The notes under the pieces: generated by a model
Database searches by the model: none
The model's input: only the letters and a program-made list of their open reading frames with translations
Told to the model about the DNA's origin: nothing
Source of the DNA: the human T2T-CHM13v2.0 reference genome, Homo sapiens
Reading direction: 5' to 3' (one strand)
Assembly: GCF_009914755.1 (NCBI RefSeq)
Contig: NC_060940.1
DNA: 64,000 nucleotides
Shown here: piece after piece, positions 61,601 through 64,000 of the stretch
Position numbering within the stretch: position 1 is the stretch's first letter
Layout: each line of letters starts with the position of its first letter
Program-made: the position numbers and the translations under genes

Positions 61601-61900
61601 GGCTGGGTGTAGTGGCTCACACCTGTAATCCCAGCACTTTGGGAGGCTGAGGCAGGAGGATGAATTGAGGACAGAAGTTCTAGACCAGACTAGGCAACAT
61701 AGTGAGACCCTGTTTCTACTAAATAAATAAATAAATAAGCCAGGCATGGTGGCATGAACCCTGCAGTCCAAGCTACTCAGAAGGCTAAGGCAGGAGGATC
61801 ACCTGAGCTCAGGAACTTGAGGCTGCAGTGAGTTATAATTGTGCCACTACACTCCAGTATGGGTGACAGACTGAGATCTTGTCTCTATAAAGAAAAAAAG
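61601..61900 (+). mobile_element. AluJ
   Basis: Full dimer. Confidence 0.92.
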
Positions 61901-62919
61901 AAGAAGAGGAGGTAGAAGAAGAAAGTCTGAACTACTCCCTGCAGGAAGAGTAGACAAGGTAAAGAGCCCTAGAAAAGATTCGTCCCCGTGCTTTCCTCTA
62001 GAATGAGGACTCCAGTAATTTATACCAGTGCTGGAGCACAGGCTTGACAATGGCTGGAGCTCAGCCTCCACAGTATCTGTTGTGATTAGTGCTCAAAAGC
62101 ATAAAGCATAAATGGAACTAAGAAGAAACAAGATGCTCAAGGTCTCCCCTTCAGCCTTCCTTCCAAGTAACAGAATCATGATTTGATGATTTGACCCCTT
62201 CTTCTACCACCTCAATATTGAAATCTGTTTCCAATTCCCATTACCTTAGAGAACACCATCAGATGTCCATTGTATATCTCAGTTTCATTTCTTTCCAAAA
62301 ACGAATTTAACTTGCCTTCCAAATAATTTTACTCCTCATTTTTAGCTCACTTTCTCCATGAATATCATCACCATTCACCCAGTTACCCAAACCAAGAGCC
62401 TGAACAACATCTTTGAGTCCTTCTCCATCACACCCTACATTCAACCAATTGCCACCTTCTCTTTTATATACCTCCTTAAGTCACGGCCTTAAATTGGGAA
62501 TGATCGTTTCTCATTTGGACTTGACTTCATGGTCAAATATGGCATCCAGAGATCTAGCCATTGCATCCTAATTCAAGACCAACAACAGGAAAAATGGGCA
62601 AAGAAATATATGGTCCTCATTCTGAGAAAATGTCCATATTACTCTTCTCTTTGCATTCCTTGGCCAAAGCTAAATCACATGGCTTGGGTAGCTTCATGAG
62701 AGATTGGGAAATTAGAGGGTTTTGGTTTTGTTGTTGTTGTTTAAAGCAGAGTCTATGTCACCCTAATTAAAATCAGTGTTTCATCTTTTATTCTTCCTCA
62801 AATATTCAGTGTTAAAGTCACTAAAGGGCACCAACCAAAGTAAGCATCAACGAGAGGGGATAGGACAGAGATCTGGCATGGGGTGTTGAAGCCTAGAATT
62901 GGTGCACGACCTAGTTCTA

Positions 62920-63330
62920 GTCACGAAAAAGCATCAGACAATCCCCAATTGAGAGCTCTTATACAACATAAATGGCCTGTATCTTCAAAAGTATCAAGGT
63001 CAAGAAAGTAACAAAGAGACTGATGAATCTGCCGGAATAAGACGTGACAATTAAATGCTATGATAATCTTGCCCTGCAAGATTATAAAGGACATTATTGG
63101 GATGGTCAGTGAAACCTGAATGGGGCCTTTGGATTAGATGGTGGTAATGTATCAATGTTATAATAATTTCCTGACTTTAATGGTCGTATTATGGCATATA
63201 GGAGAAGGTCCTTATTGCAAGAAACACACAGTAAAGTATTGGGAAACGATTCGAGGAGAGGGAAAACTTAATTGTACTTTTCTTCCAACTATTGTCTCAG
63301 TTTGAAATTTTTCCCCCGAAAATAAGGTGT
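62920..63330 (+). mobile_element. L1MC-type 3' fragment
   Basis: ATCAGACAATCCCCAATTGAG..ATAAAGGACATTATTGGG..AATTTCCTGACTTT. Confidence 0.7.
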
Positions 63331-63659
63331 TATTTCAGAGAAGAAAAGGGAATGTAGATGTTTCAATATGTAAATAGTAGGCTCCACCACAGATGGTATT
63401 TAAATAATGTATCAGAAGAGGTCATCCCAAGGGAGTAATATTTAAATCCAGAGCCAAAGATAGAAAGCCATCCACGTGAAGAGCAAGGAGACAAAGTTTT
63501 CAGGCAGAAGGAACATGTGAGAAGTAGCTGAACTTGTTTTCAGAGTTATAACCCTAGCAATATGGTGGAAAATAACAAATAACTAGCAATGTGGTTGAAA
63601 TAAACAAACTGCTATTCCTTCAGAAACATGAGTAAGCACCACTGTGTGCAGGAACTTGC

Positions 63660-64000
63660 AGCAGTCAGCTAGATGCTGTAAGACAAACAACCCCAAATCC
63701 CAGAAAGAGCTTATTTCTCTGCCATGCCCGTATAGCTTGGCTGGAGCAGCTCTGCTGGAGGTTGCAGGTCTCAAGACATGCTGGGGCGGCTCTGCTCTAG
63801 ATGCATCTCATTTTTCTAGGACCAGCGACCAACTAAGTCATGTTTTTCTCATAGAGAAGGCAAAAGCACAAGAAGGCAAACTCATCACACGAGAGCATTT
63901 CAAGCCTTTCATAAGGGTTATGTCCTCTCACATCCCATTAGCCAAAGAAAGTTAAGCTCAACTCAACAGTCGAAGGGTAGGGAAGTACACTATGCCATCT
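63660..64000 (-). mobile_element. MLT1H/I/J-like LTR
   Basis: ACAAACAACCCCAAATC..CACATCCCATTAGCCAAAG. Confidence 0.7.

Overview
Primate (human-like) non-coding genomic DNA, intergenic or deep-intronic. I see no credible protein-coding exon: the listed ORFs come from Alu, LTR or microsatellite sequence or look like chance ORFs. I cannot name the locus. The window is dominated by interspersed repeats: about 35 Alu/FLAM copies, many MaLR and ERVL LTRs (THE1, MST, MLT1, MLT2, LTR16, LTR33), MIR/L2/L1M relics and hAT/Tigger MITEs. Subfamily names are from memory of consensus sequences and need RepeatMasker confirmation. What the repeat inventory does not explain: (i) a 1.2-kb minisatellite born inside a MIR core, with a 186-bp higher-order repeat and about 20 ACTAAC motifs; (ii) a 7 x 59-bp VNTR inside an L1ME; (iii) four short (120-215 bp) locally templated duplications 0.65-2 kb from their donors, one replacing the middle of an Alu and carrying a 13-bp-stem hairpin, and one inverted with a snap-back junction, plus several small fold-back or inversion scars; (iv) a tailless 3'-truncated U6 retrocopy and a probable mRNA 3'-UTR retrocopy; (v) a few repeat-free, CpG- or motif-rich candidate regulatory islands. 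I did not find a convincing new gene system. The best candidate for something undescribed is the local cluster of templated-repair scars and the MIR-derived VNTR.
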